DNA from: Mytilus trossulus
Lineage: Eukaryota
Direction of reading: 5' to 3'
NCBI RefSeq assembly: GCF_036588685.1
Contig: NC_086374.1
Span: 2,480,001 to 2,544,000 of the forward strand
DNA: 64,000 nt
In this document: in pieces, positions 43,494-56,819 of the stretch
Position numbering within the stretch: the stretch's first letter is position 1
Layout of the letters: each line of letters begins with the position of its first letter
Notes under the pieces: generated by a model
Told to the model about the DNA's origin: nothing
What the model saw: the letters and a program-made list of their open reading frames with translations, nothing else
Databases searched by the model: none
Made by a program: the position numbers and the translations under genes

Positions 43494-43780
43494 CTTTCAG
43501 TACTTATTTTCCACCAATGACAGGGTAAACAAATATTAAATAATTGAAGCCTATTATCTGGAAAAATATTTTAGACAAAAAGTAGAACACTGACAAAGGC
43601 CAACAATACAACTTGAAACAAGATCCATAAAACATTAAATTTGACTGAATCTATGAGTTTAGTCCTTTTTATAAATGACAATTTGTAACTTGTAGCATTT
43701 CTTCCAATTATTTTAGAAATATTATAGATAGGACAGAAACTAAAGCAATTAACAAACACTATAACAATACATGTGCTACC

Positions 43781-46700
43781 AGTCACATTTGGACTTGATC
43801 TGTGATTGGTGATAATAAGCATTGTGTTTTATAAGTTGGAGTCACATTTGAACTTGATATGTGGTTGGTGATAATAAGCATTGTGTTGTATAAGTTGCAG
43901 TCTCAATTGCACTTGATCTGTGGGTTTGGTGATAATAAGCATTGTGTTTTATAAGTTACAGTCACATTTCCACTTGATCTGTGTTTGGTGATAATAAGCA
44001 TTGTGTTTTATAAGTTACAGTCACAGTTGGACTTGATCTGTGATTGGTGATAATAAGCATTGTGTTGTATAAGTTGCAGTCTCAATTGCACTTGATCTGT
44101 GTTTGGTGATAATAAACATTGTGTTTTATAAGTTGCAGTCACATTTCCACTTGATCTGTGTTTGGTGATAATAAGCATTGTGTTTTATAAGTTACAGTCA
44201 CATTTGGACTTGATCTGTGATTGGTGATAATAAGCATTGTGTTTTATAAGTTACAGTCACATTTGGACTTGATCTGTGTTTGTTGATAATAAGCATTGTG
44301 TTTTATAAGTTGCAGTCACATTTGGACTTGATCTGTGATTGGTGATAATAAGCATTGTGTTCTATAAGTTACAGTCACATTTGCACTTGATCTGTGATTG
44401 GTGATAATAAACATTTTGTTTTATAAGTTGCAGTCACATTTCCACTTGATCTGTGTTTGGTGATAATAAGCATTGTGTTTTATAAGTTGCAGTCACATTT
44501 GGACTTGATCTGTGTTTGGTGATAATAAGCTTTGTGTTTTATAAGTTGCAGTCACATTTGGACTTGATCTGTGATTGGTGATCATAAGCATTGTGTTTTA
44601 TAAGTTACAGTCACATTTGCACTTGATCTGTGTTTGATGATAATAAGCATTGTGTTTTATAAGTTGCAGTCACATTTGGACTTGATCTGTGATTGGTGAT
44701 CATAAGCATTGTGTTTTATAAGTTACAGTCACATTTTCACTTGATCTGTGTTTGGTGATAATAAGCATTGTGTTTTATAAGTTGAAGCCACATTTCCACT
44801 TGATCTGTGTTTGGTGATAATAAGCTTTGTGTTTTATAAGTTGCAGTCACATTTGGACTTGATCTGTGATTGGTGATCATAAGCATTGTGTTTTATAAGT
44901 TACAGTCACATTTGCACTTGATCTGTGTTTGATGATAATAAGCATTGTGTTTTATAAGTTGCAGTCACATTTGGACTTGATCTGTGATTGGTGATCATAA
45001 GCATTGTGTTTTATAAGTTACAGTCACATTTTCACTTGATCTGTGTTTGGTGATAATAAGCATTGTGTTTTATAAGTTGAAGCCACATTTCCACTTGATC
45101 TGTGTTTGGTGATAATAAGCATTGTGTTTTATAAGTTGCAGTCACATTTGGACTTGATCTGTGATTGGTGATAAAAAGCATTGTGTTTTATAAGTTACAG
45201 TCACATTTGCACTTGATCTGTATTTGTTGATAATAAGCATTGTGTTTTATAAGTTACAGTCACATTTGCACTTGATCTGTGTTTGGTGATAATAAGCATT
45301 GTGTTTTATAAGTTACAGTCACATTTGCACTTGATCTGTATTTGGTGATAATAAAACATTGTGTTTTATAAGTTGGAGTCACATTTGCACTAGATCTGTG
45401 TTTGGTGATTATAAGCATTGTGTTTTATAAGTTGCAGTCACATTTCCACTTGATCTGTGATTGGTGATAATAAACATTGTGTTTTATAAGTTGCAGTCAC
45501 ATTTGGACTTGATCTGTGTTTGGTGATAATAAGCATTGTGTTTTATAAGTTGCTGTCACATTTGGACTTGATCTGTGTTTGGTGATAATAAGCATTGTGT
45601 TTTATAAGTTGAAGCCACATTTCCACTTGATCTGTGTTTGGTGATAATAAGCATTGTGTTTTATAAGTTGCAGTCACATTTGGACTTGATCTGTGATTGG
45701 TGATAATAAGCATTGTGTTTTATAAGTTACAGTCACATTTGGACTTGATCTGTGTTTGGTGATAATAAGCATTGTGTTTTATAAGTTGCAGTCACATTTG
45801 GACTTGATCTGTGATTGGTGATAATAAGCATTGTGTTCTATAAGTTACAGTCACATTTGGACTTGATCTGTGTTTGGTGATAATAAGCATTGTGTTTTAT
45901 AAGTTGCAGTCACATTTGGACTTGATCTGTGATTGGTGATAATAAGCATTGTGTTCTATAAGTTACAGTCACATTTGCACTTGATCTGTGATTGGTGATA
46001 ATAAACATTGTGTTTAATAAGTTGCAGTCACATTTCCACTTGATCTGTGTTTGGTGATAATAAGCATTGTGTTTTATAAGTTGCAGTCACATTTGGACTT
46101 GATCTGTGTTTGGTGATAATAAGCATTGTGTTTTATAAGTTGCAGTCACATTTGGACTTGATCTGTGATTGGTGATCACAAGCATTGTGTTTTATAAGTT
46201 ACAGTCACATTTGCACTTGATCTGTGTTTGGTGATAATAAGCTTTGTGTTTTATAAGTTGCAGTCACATTTGGACTTGATCTGTGATTGGTGATCATAAG
46301 CATTGTGTTTTATAAGTTACAGTCACATTTGCACTTGATCTGTGTTTGATGATAATAAGCATTGTGTTTTATAAGTTGCAGTCACATTTGGACTTGATCT
46401 GTGATTGGTGATCATAAGCATTGTGTTTTATAAGTTACAGTCACATTTTCACTTGATCTGTGTTTGGTGATAATAAGCATTGTGTTTTATAAGTTGCAGT
46501 CACATTTGCACTTGATCTGTGATTGGTGATAATAAGCATTGTGTTTTATAAGTTCCAGTCACATTTGGACTTGATCTGTGTTTGGTGATAATAAGCATTG
46601 TGTTTTATAAGTTACAGTCACAATTGAACTTGATATGTGTTTGGTGATAATAAGCATTGTGTTTTATAAGTTCCTGTCACATTTGCACTTGATCTGTGTT

Positions 46701-48266
46701 TGGTGATAATAAGCATTGTGTTTTATAAGTTGAAGCCACATTTGCACTTGATCTGTATTTGGTGATAATAAGCATTGTGTTTTATAAGTTGCAGTCACAT
46801 TTGCACTTGATCTGTGATTGGTGATAATAAACATTGTGTTTTATAAGTTGCAGTCACAATTGCACTTGATCTGTGTTTGGTGATAATAAGCATTGTGTTT
46901 TATAAGTTGCAGTCACATTTGAACTTGACCTGTGTTTGGTGATAATAAGCATTGTGTTTTATAAGTTGTAGTCACAATTGCACTTGATCTGTGTTTGGTG
47001 ATAATAAGCATTGTCTTTTATAAGTTGCAGTCTCATTTGCACTTGATCTGTGTTCGGTGATAATAAGCTTTGTGTTTTATAAGTTGCAGTCACATTTAAA
47101 CTTGATCTGTGTTCGGTGATAATAAGCTTTGTGTTTTATAAGTTGCAGTCACATTTGCGCTAGATCTGTGTTTGGTGATAATAAGCTTTATGTTTTATAA
47201 GTTGCAATCTCATTTGCACTAGATCTGTGTTTGGTGATAATAAGCTTTGTGTTTTATAAGTTGCAGTCTCATTTGCACTAGATCTGTGTTTGGTGATAAT
47301 AAGCTTTGTGTTTTATAAGTTGTAGTCACATTTGCACTAGATCTGTGTTTGGTGATAATAAGCATTGTGTATTATAAGTTGCTATCTCATTTGCACTAGA
47401 TCTGTGTTTGGTGATAATAAGCATTGTGTTTTATAAGTTGCAGTCTCATTTGCACTTGATCTGTGTTTGGTGATAATAAGCATTGTGTTTTATAAGTTAC
47501 AGCCACATTTGAACTTGATCTGTGTTTGGTGAAAATAAGCATTGTGTTTTATAAGTTGCAGTCATATTTGAACTTGATCTGTGTTTGGTGATAATAAGCA
47601 TTGTGTTTTATAATTTGCAGTCACATTTGAACTTGATCTGTGTTTGATGATAATAAGCATTGTGTTTTATAAGTTGCAGTCACATTTGCACTAGATCTGT
47701 GTTTGGTGATTATAAGCATTGTGTTTTATAAGTTGCAGTCACATTTCCACTTGATCTATGATTGGTGATAATAAGCATTGTGTTTTATAAGTTGTAGTCA
47801 CATTTGAACTTGATCTGTGTTTGGTGATAATAAACATTGTGTTTTATAAGTTGGAGTCACATTTGCACTAGATCTGTGTTTGGTGATTATAAGCATTGTG
47901 TTTTATAAGTTGCAGTCACATTTCCACTTGATCTATGATTGGTGATAATAAGCATTGTGTTTTATAAGTTGCAGTCACATTTGCACTTGATCTGTGTTTG
48001 GTGATAATAAGCATTGTGTTTTATAAGTTGCTGTCACATTTGGACTTGATCTGTGTTTGGTGATAATAAGCATTGTGTTTTATAAGTTGCAATCTCATTT
48101 GCACTAGATCTGTGTTTGGTGATAATAAGCATTGTGTTTTATAAGTTGCAATCTCATTTGCACTAGATCTGTGTTTGGTGATAATAAGCATTGTGTTTTA
48201 TAAGTTGCTATCTCATTTGCACTAGATCTGTGTTTGGTGATAATGAGCATTGTGTTTTATAAGTTG
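43781..48266. repeat. 59-bp tandem satellite, ~76 copies
   Basis: Unit agtcacatttggacttgatctgtgtttggtgataataagcattgtgttttataagttgc; period 59 (43781, 43840 ...). Confidence 0.95.
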
Positions 48267-51200
48267 AATAATAATATTAGGTAGATACAAAGTAAAGTAA
48301 GAGTGCCAAAACAGCAAGTTCACAAATTTCTGAAATTTGTAAAGGGACATTACTCATGAACTTTGTAAGTGCCACTCAAACTCCAACTAGATTTGTGTTT
48401 GGTAGTTATGAGCATTGTGTATTAGTTTCAAAACATTTGGTTGAGGCAAAGAAAAGTTTTGAGAACTGAAACACATTTTTGGATGAACACCAATACAGAG
48501 CCATGCCCATTCTGACAAGATGGCATAAAAATATGTCCTTGACCCTGTCGGCCAACCTACATGGCAGTCAATAGAATATAGAGGTTATGTGTTTGTCATG
48601 TATTTACTTCGAAAAACACTTGATCTACTTTACTATTCATAAATCAAAAGTGCATGACAACTTCTCATTTGAGTTGTTGCCCTTTTATGGCCAATTTGAC
48701 AAAGCTATCAGATTTCAGGAAATATTGCATATAAATAATGCTATTAAAATTAAAATGTGAGTTTTTAATTTTGTTGAATCTATCCCATCAAATTTCTGAA
48801 TCTTTAGTATTCAACTTATTACCAATGCGTTTGTTTCACATAATTCTATTACTGCATTTCAAGTGCTATGCCCAGTGAATTAAATAAACAAAAAAAGTTA
48901 AGTGAGAATCTAATTTTACTGCATGAAAATATACACATGAATAAGAAATAACAATTTGTAATAAAATAGATATGACAAAAATAATAACATGATCACAGTT
49001 TCCTCATAATAAACAATAATAAGTCCACAAAATATATACCCATCATAATATCTAACATTGTTAAACATGTTCTGGAATTAGAAACACTATATAGTATTAA
49101 ATATTACATGATGGGCGTATTGAATTGATAGATGCAAAGTAATGAAAAAATATTTTTTTAATTTACATTTCAGACTTGTAACAAATGGTTAGAATTGATA
49201 ACATATAACAATTCATCTGTTTGACAGTAATGTAATGAGACATTTGCTTTACTTTTATTATGCTCCCAATACAATATTCAGGAGCAAATAACAATTTGCT
49301 TTGTTCAATAGTTCCTCCCTCCATGCATCTAGAACAATGGTTTTCAATTTTAATCAGCTAATGATTTTGGAGTCAATATTTTAAGGTCACTGTTAGTAAG
49401 TATATAAAAAAATGAAAAATGGTTTCCCATGCTTGTTGGGATGACATTTATATAGATGAAAGATTTAGGGAAGGGGAAGACACTTATTGATCTTTCGAAC
49501 AAGAGGTCACAGGTCAAGATCACTGTTACTTGAATAGATTTTAGTTTTGATTTCCTGATACTATCTCTCTATAAATTATTAAACATAAACACAGGTATTT
49601 ATTCGAGCGACTCCAGGACATATTTATTTGTCCCTCCAACCATAGGATTGTTGACTTTTTGAAATAAATAATATTTTTTTATCTGTGTTCAGTTTGGGAA
49701 GCTTTAGTTGGCAGTGCCAGCTTTTTATTTGTTTAGGCTACTTAGCTTTGATTTATCCATCATACCTGGAATTAACATTAGATAAGCAATAGGAAGAAAA
49801 ACATTGCCCAAGGTGAGCTATATAGAAATTATTATGTACAGGACAGATCTATATGATTTGGACTGTGACATTCAGTAGTCAATAAAAGTGGACCAAAACA
49901 TTACAGTAGTCAATAAAAATATCAATCCATATGAGATTTCTTTACATAACATGGTTTCTATCATCTCATCATGGTCCTTTTTACCTACATAATTGTAAAT
50001 CATTAGCACAGTACACTCCTCTTCTGATAGAACATTCCTATATGAGCGGGACTAAATGTATAAAGATCCTTTAAATTCTTACATATAGAGCACTATTATT
50101 TATACATTTTTTTTAACAAAGCTATAAAAATTGAACCATAATAAGAATGATTTAAAACATGCATTTTAATTCAGCTTATGCATATTTTTAAAACAGTTGA
50201 ATTGTTCTTAATTATTGTGAAACTAACATTTATAAACTTACAAAACAATTTCCCAATTTATACATGTTTAAGAATGATAATATCCCTCACTGAAGCATTA
50301 TTGAAACATACACATATTATTATATACAGCAAGTAGTTTACACTTTTCCACTGAAGCTGAAGTGAATGACCATTTTATATATAGTGAAATTAATTCTACA
50401 AACAAACAAAAAAATGTCATGCAAATTTACCAATGATAACAGACTAAAATAAATGAAGTGTGGTTCTAGCAAATCATTTAATTAATATTTTTTTTTAATT
50501 CAGAGGGCATAACTTTTTTTTCTCAGACAAATGATGGCACATCAATATTGATTCCTTTAAGAATGCATTTATTCATTCTATTATCTTCCTAAAGGCCAAA
50601 ATTGTTGATGTTAATCTACAAAAGGCTAAATTTTCAAATTTTTCAGAGTATAAATCTTACACATTCATATAAAGATTGTATGGATAAACAATTTTAACAA
50701 AAATCTATATAAATGTTGAAATAATGATACATGACAAAACATTTGTGACACAAAAATAATTTAACAACTATCACTGGTTTAAATGGAGAGAACAACCATA
50801 TATTATCCATGATCAAAATATAGAGAAATAAATGATTGTTTTTGCTCAATGTCCAGTGACAAACATTTCATACAAAGTTTGGACGATACTTTTCAAGTTT
50901 TTGTACATTGGATAAAGAAAATCTTTTAATAATTTTAGATATAATTTATCCTTTAAGCAATCACTTTGCTAACAGAATTTCAACCTTTTTTCTGTGTTAT
51001 TCATTTAGGATATGAAAAACTTTAGAATAAGCATTAAACTGAGTACAAATTTAGGCAGATTTGTTACTGACTTCCAGAAAGGTTTATTGCCAAGACTATA
51101 AATTTCATACACTGTAGCACACATAACAACTTTAATAATAAAAACATGAATTCATAATTTTCACTTGTTATAAACTTATTTTGGAAAGAAACATCAGATT

Positions 51201-52010
51201 ATTTATTATTTGTCCTGAAACAAATAAGCTGTCATACGTGCAAAACACATTTTTAAATGGCAGATTACATAGAAAATACATTTTAAGTTCCCGATATATA
51301 TTTCTAATGTGTATATCTTTTTTAAGATAGAGACTATTATTTATGTTCACTGTTTCTTCCATTAAAATAATATCATTTTTAGTATTATTTTACATCAATA
51401 AATATATCTACATAGACAATGGTGTAAATATGATGGTGACAGCAATCCAACAACACCATGTTGATATATTGTTTATTACATGCTCAGCATTGACTATAAC
51501 AGACTAGCATGTCTGTAAAAATTTAGTTTCATAGAAATCTCTATTAGAAACATATTTCATAAAATAATGAAATAATATCATAAGAATAAAACATATGATT
51601 TTCATACTTCTGAGACCATAATGAAATACCAGTCATTAAAAAATTCTCCAGAAAGTTTTCTCTTCACTAAATTATGTTGTACATAGCTTTTTCTGATAGT
51701 TAGAATTCTGTCAACAAAATAAAACAACAATTGTCCAGCATTATCACAAAGACAGACTCCATTAAGATTTGTATAAACACAAATGTAATAATAAAAACAT
51801 TCATTACCTCAAAGTTCATATAACACATAATTTAACTTGGATGTGTACCAGTTTTGTATACAGATATTTGAGACAAAAAAATAAAACATTTGCATGTCTG
51901 TGACCTTTGACCTGAGATATGGTATATATTCGTCATTCAGATAGATATCCTAGAATCAGATATCGTCAAAGTTTTCAATTGCACTTTTGCCCTCTTTCAA
52001 CGTTGGTAGG

Positions 52011-55000
52011 CTATTTCTTGTGATCTTCTTTGTAATTGTTGACGACATCTTCATAAGTAGGAGGGACTGTTTTGTTGTAACCATATACATCAGTAGGGGG
52101 CGGGGTTCTGTAATACTCTGCTTCTGTAATATCATCTCTATATCTTTCACCCTATAAAACACAATATAATTAGTATTAATAAAAGCATCATTTTTTATTT
52201 ATATTATTTTGTAGTATCTTTAATATTGGATAAAATTGCTAATTCAAGTGAGCATGGAATGATTATGGTCAGTTTGTAGTAATGATTCTGCTGACATAAG
52301 TGATGCCCAAAATCTTTATGGAAATGCCAAAATCGGGTGAAATACCTTTGCAAATATTTTCAGTGCATCACTAATATTCACCATGAAATATCCCCTACTT
52401 AAGTGTTCTGTCGATAGAGGAAGTAAATCCATGGTACTGAATGCCTTTCTCCCAATTTGTTTCTAATAAATGAAACTCCACGATTGTAGTTTGAATCAAC
52501 TCTACAAACTGGAATAATGAAACAGGAGTATATTTAAGCTATAAATAGTCACAATTGAGTTACATGTATGTCTTAGACTATTACAGGATTTCTAATGATA
52601 ACTGTATAATTATTTCAAATAGAATTTAATATGATTTCTGTTTGATACTGTTTTAAAAATGTCTCACATGTGCTTCTCAGGAGTGGACCATACATAGTGT
52701 TACGAATCATTTTATATCCAATTGAGGGTTGTATGATTTTAGATTCGCAATGACTAACATGTGCTAAATGAATGACTTTTTGACAATGAATTATTATAGA
52801 TAAGCATCTTAGACGCATATATGCCTCTTAATGAGAACCCTGGAATATAGGTTGGGTTTAACTTACATGTGTCAAAAATCTCTGTTTATTCAACAATTGA
52901 CTGTACATGTATATAGGTTGAGTGTGACTTACATTTGCCAGGGATGGCTGTTTGCTTGACAATGGACTGTATATAGGTTGAGAAGTACCAATAAAGATTC
53001 GACTGTCTCTGTATCTTGTCTTCCATAAACATAAACACATGGACAGCAGTACAAGGAAGAAAATTATACCACACCTACAATGATAAATATATAGACATTG
53101 ATAATAGACATTGATAACAAAACCGGCATGACAAGAGTAGTTTATCATGTCTATAGCATGTTTTTAAAGAGCCCAGGTGGTCGTGTGGTCTAGCCGGACG
53201 GCTGCAGTGCAGGCGATTTGGTGTCACGATATCACAGTAGCATGGGTTCGAATTCCGGCGAGGGAAGAACCAAAAATTTGTGAAAGCAAATTTACAGATC
53301 TAACATTGTTGGATTGATGTTTAGTCTAAATTGAAAACTACGTTCAAACCTATGATTGCATTGGATAAAAACTGCAATTTTTATACGTGTGCATATGATG
53401 TAAAACAAATTTCGTTGTAGAAGGCTCTAAAAACAGCACAAACAACATTTTCCAAAAGACCAAAAAAGTGAAAAAGTATATTTAAACCTAACGCATTTGA
53501 CTAACAGGTCGAACAACTGATGTTCTTTAACCCTGTTGACTGCCATTGGCGATTGCCAATTTAAATTGATCACAAGATGAAACAAAATGGATCTTAATAT
53601 AAATTTAATACTAAACTAATTTTTTTTTTAACTTGTGGCCACGATGTTATGCCACAAACATACAGTGTCAATATTTTTTTAGTACACCAGATCCGGATTA
53701 TATATACTGTAAATTCAGAAATTAATGCGAGGTTTTTATTATTGCGAAAAATGCGACTGAGTTGTAAACGCAATAATTTAAACTTGCATTTTGAAATTTT
53801 TTATATGAATTTAACAGGATTTTTTTCAAAATCGTAAAAATTAAAATCGCATTTAAGCCTAAAATCGCAATAAAAAATGCACGCAATAATTTCTGAATTT
53901 ACAGTAGATATATAGACACATGTCTTACCAGAAATACCACAGTTCCCAATTCCAAACTGTTTTATGCATATATTGTCTTACCAGAAGAGCCACAGTTCCC
54001 ACACTGTACATGACACACAGCACACACTGTCTTACCAGAAATACTATAATTCCGAAACTGTTTATGACATGCCGTATAAAATGACTAACCAGAAATACAA
54101 CAGTTTTCAAACTGACTGTATATGACACACAGCATATATTGTCCTAATAGAAATACCACAGTTCACAAACTGTAAATGACACACATCACATAATGTCTCT
54201 CCAGAAATACCACAGTTCCCAAACTGTATATGACACTCAGAATTATGAATATATTGTCTTACCAGAAATACCACAGTTCCTAGAGTATATGACACACAGC
54301 ACACACTGTCATGACTGTCTTACTAGAAATACCACAATTCCCAATTTGTTTATGACATACAGCACAAAATATCTTACCAGAAATACCACAGTTCTCAAAC
54401 TGTATATGCCACACAGCACAACATGACTTACCAGAAATGCCACAGTTCCCAAACTGTATTATATATGACACACAGCACAACATGACTTACCAGAAATACC
54501 ACAGTTCCCAAACTGTATATGACACACAGCATATATTATCTCCACAACAATACTCATTCTCCAAACATCTTTCACTGTCACAGTAATAGCCTTCTACCTG
54601 TAATGTTTTATTTTGAATTACTATAACATGTACATGTATAACAGATATCAGAACTTGTGTACCAAGAGAACACACAACAAGACTATTAATTATTAACTGC
54701 CAAACCATCTTAGGGTGAAACATTAATATTTGATTTTTGTTCTCTTTTACATGTATCTGAATCCAAATCAGTACAAAACAACGAATGTGTCCAAAGTACA
54801 CGGATGCGCCACTCGCACTATCCTTTTCCATGGACCATGAAATTGGGTAATAATCTAATTTGGCATTAAAATTGGAAAGATTATACTATAGGGAACATAT
54901 GTACTAAGTTTCAAGTTGATTGGACTTCAATTTCATCAAAAACTACCAGGACCAAAAACTTTAACCTGAACAGAAGCACAGACGAACGGATGGACGAACG

Positions 55001-56228
55001 GAGCCACAGACCAGAAAACATAATGCCCCTTTACTCATAAAAACCATGTATGTTGCTAGTTTATGGCTTCAATGGCAATGATGATTAAAATAATCAACTA
55101 ATTTTGCCAAATCATTTTTCCAAAAATTAAGGTTACAATAATGAATATAAAAAATAGGACCTCTGACAAATCATGACAAGTTTATTTTGACTAGTCACAG
55201 AAAAATTTAAACCAATTTGATGCTAATGGTAGACTAAAACCGCTGTATGACACCTGAAAACAAAAGGCGTCCTTCCTCATAACTACATGAACTAAGAATG
55301 AAAAATCCTGTGTGCAATTACTTCGTTATAAGGTTAACACTAAACAGGTTAACTACTGATCCCTACAGATCAATAGGAGATCAGCACCTGGGATTCGTAG
55401 GGGGTCAGTATCAAACTATTATACTAACAGGACTGGAAACCATTACACCAATCAGTGTAATAATATCAAACTATTATACTAAAAGGACTGGAAACCATTA
55501 CACCAATCAGTGTATTAGTCTACATCACAGTCATTTATAGAACTAGACTTCAACTGTGCTATTTATCCTTGCTATATTGTTTTGACAGTGACAGGATGCT
55601 GTGTTAGTATAATAGTCCCAGCTATAAACGTATTTACACTTTTGGTATTTAGCTGTATTTTGCCTCCGAATGACCCTATATCACCTCCGAAGTCAAGCAA
55701 CAATCACTTTTTAGTTGTGATGTCATATGTTTTGAATTATGAAGTCAAAGTTTACGGGAACCTGTGTGATGTTATGTAATGGCGGACAAATTTGCATACA
55801 AGTGTAAATACGTTTATTATATATCACTTCTAGATTTTGTCACTTTTGCATTTTTTGATAGTTTGCCAAGATTTTTTTATAAATTTATCAAAAATTATTT
55901 TGCTATAATGTATTTATATCTTTCATTTCTTTCATTAGATATGAAACTATTTACAAACATATGAACGACTGAGTAATAACTTCTTATTTCACGATAAATA
56001 TTATAGCAGAATCAGGCGATCGATCAGCTGTTCTTTGTTCCACGTATTCCATGAAAATTCCATTTGCAAGAGCATAGATTCAAATTATTCGCTTTTAACT
56101 AAAGAAATATGAAAAAAGAAGTTTTATTTTATTTGTTTTCACAAATCAGTTAACACTTTCGTTAAACAACTTACCAAATCTGTTAAAAAATGTGCAAAGA
56201 AAAAACAAAACATCAGATCCGACGCCAT
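52011..56228 (-). CDS. WBP1/WBP1L/VOPP1-family small type I membrane protein, 4 exons, 147 aa
   Basis: Exons (minus): 56228-56175 ([18 protein letters not shown], signal-peptide-like, least certain exon), 54597-54491 ([36 protein letters not shown]), 53074-52933 ([19 protein letters not shown]...), 52151-52011 (...TPPPTDVY...VPPTYEDVV...stop). The Cys-rich ectodomain, ELWYFW motif, TM segment and PPxY motif are WBP1-family hallmarks. Phases 0, 2, 0 are consistent. Confidence 0.8.
53170..53325 (+). mobile_element. tRNA-derived SINE
   Basis: A box TGGTCGTGTGG and B box GGTTCGAATTCC followed by a non-tRNA tail; a second, rearranged copy is at 27163-27621. Confidence 0.7.
53707..53904. mobile_element. 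Tc1/mariner-type MITE with TA TSD
   Basis: TA|CTGTAAATTCAGAAATTAATGCG ... CGCAATAATTTCTGAATTTACAG|TA. Confidence 0.75.
53920..54535 (-). repeat. Degenerate ~53-60-bp tandem array of WBP1-like exon 2 end plus 5' splice site (~11 copies)
   Basis: Plus-strand cttaccagaaataccacagttccc-like cores near 53924, 53977, 54031, 54085, 54143, 54197, 54258, 54319, 54373, 54427 and 54486. Confidence 0.9.
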
Positions 56229-56310
56229 TTTTTCTCCTGACCTTTGACATTGAAAACATTTCGGGGTGCCATCTGCCGGAAAAAAAGTTTTATGGCGGGA
56301 GTTCCAAATA
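56220..56310 (-). promoter_or_regulatory. Probable promoter/5' region of the WBP1-like gene
   Basis: AAAATGGCG (YY1-like/Kozak) around the ATG, CCGGAA (ETS) at ~56276 and TGGCGGGA (E2F-like) at ~56293; locally CpG-richer than the flanks. Confidence 0.35.
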
Positions 56311-56819
56311 TAAAACAGCATTGTCTCCCATTTCCTCACACATTTTAATGAATTCTTTCATAATATGATTCATAATATTTCTGTCTTCTATATTCATTTC
56401 GAATTATACTCATCAATTTGATTTTAATTTTTGATGGGGCGCTAGGTTGAAATTTAAAAAAAAAGCAGACAGGACAGGTACTACTTTGGAATCAGTAATT
56501 AACCCTTATAAAGTACAGGAAGAAAGTTTCTGCTTCTCCCAGATAATGGCCACAATCAACGAACTGATTATACTGCCATGGTTTGGTGCGTATATTAGAC
56601 CACCCCTAAGGCTATTGCCATGATATCATGGATGGTTCTCTTTATAAAAAAAAATGCTGGCAAACCCTGAAAAATGCCAGGCCGGAATTACCCTAGGTAT
56701 AAATTACTGTTGTCAGGTATAAAAACGCACACTTAAAATATGATCCTCAACCGCTAAATTGATCATTCAACATATTTAACTCAAATCAACCGTTGTAATA
56801 CAGCCAGTATTGGTATCAT

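Noticed and set aside
33661-48266. Regular arrays as CRISPR loci
   Set aside because: No unique spacers, no cas genes, eukaryotic context.
51956-52162. 68-aa ORF from the track
   Set aside because: Wrong frame; the real last exon (52151-52011) reads GERYRDD...PPTYEDVV in another frame.
53170-53265. tRNA gene
   Set aside because: Has A and B boxes but continues into a tail shared with the copy at 27163-27621, and I see no convincing cloverleaf; treated as a SINE.
53925-54483. Cys-rich short ORFs as toxin-like or metallothionein-like peptides
   Set aside because: Alternative frames of the duplicated exon-end array.
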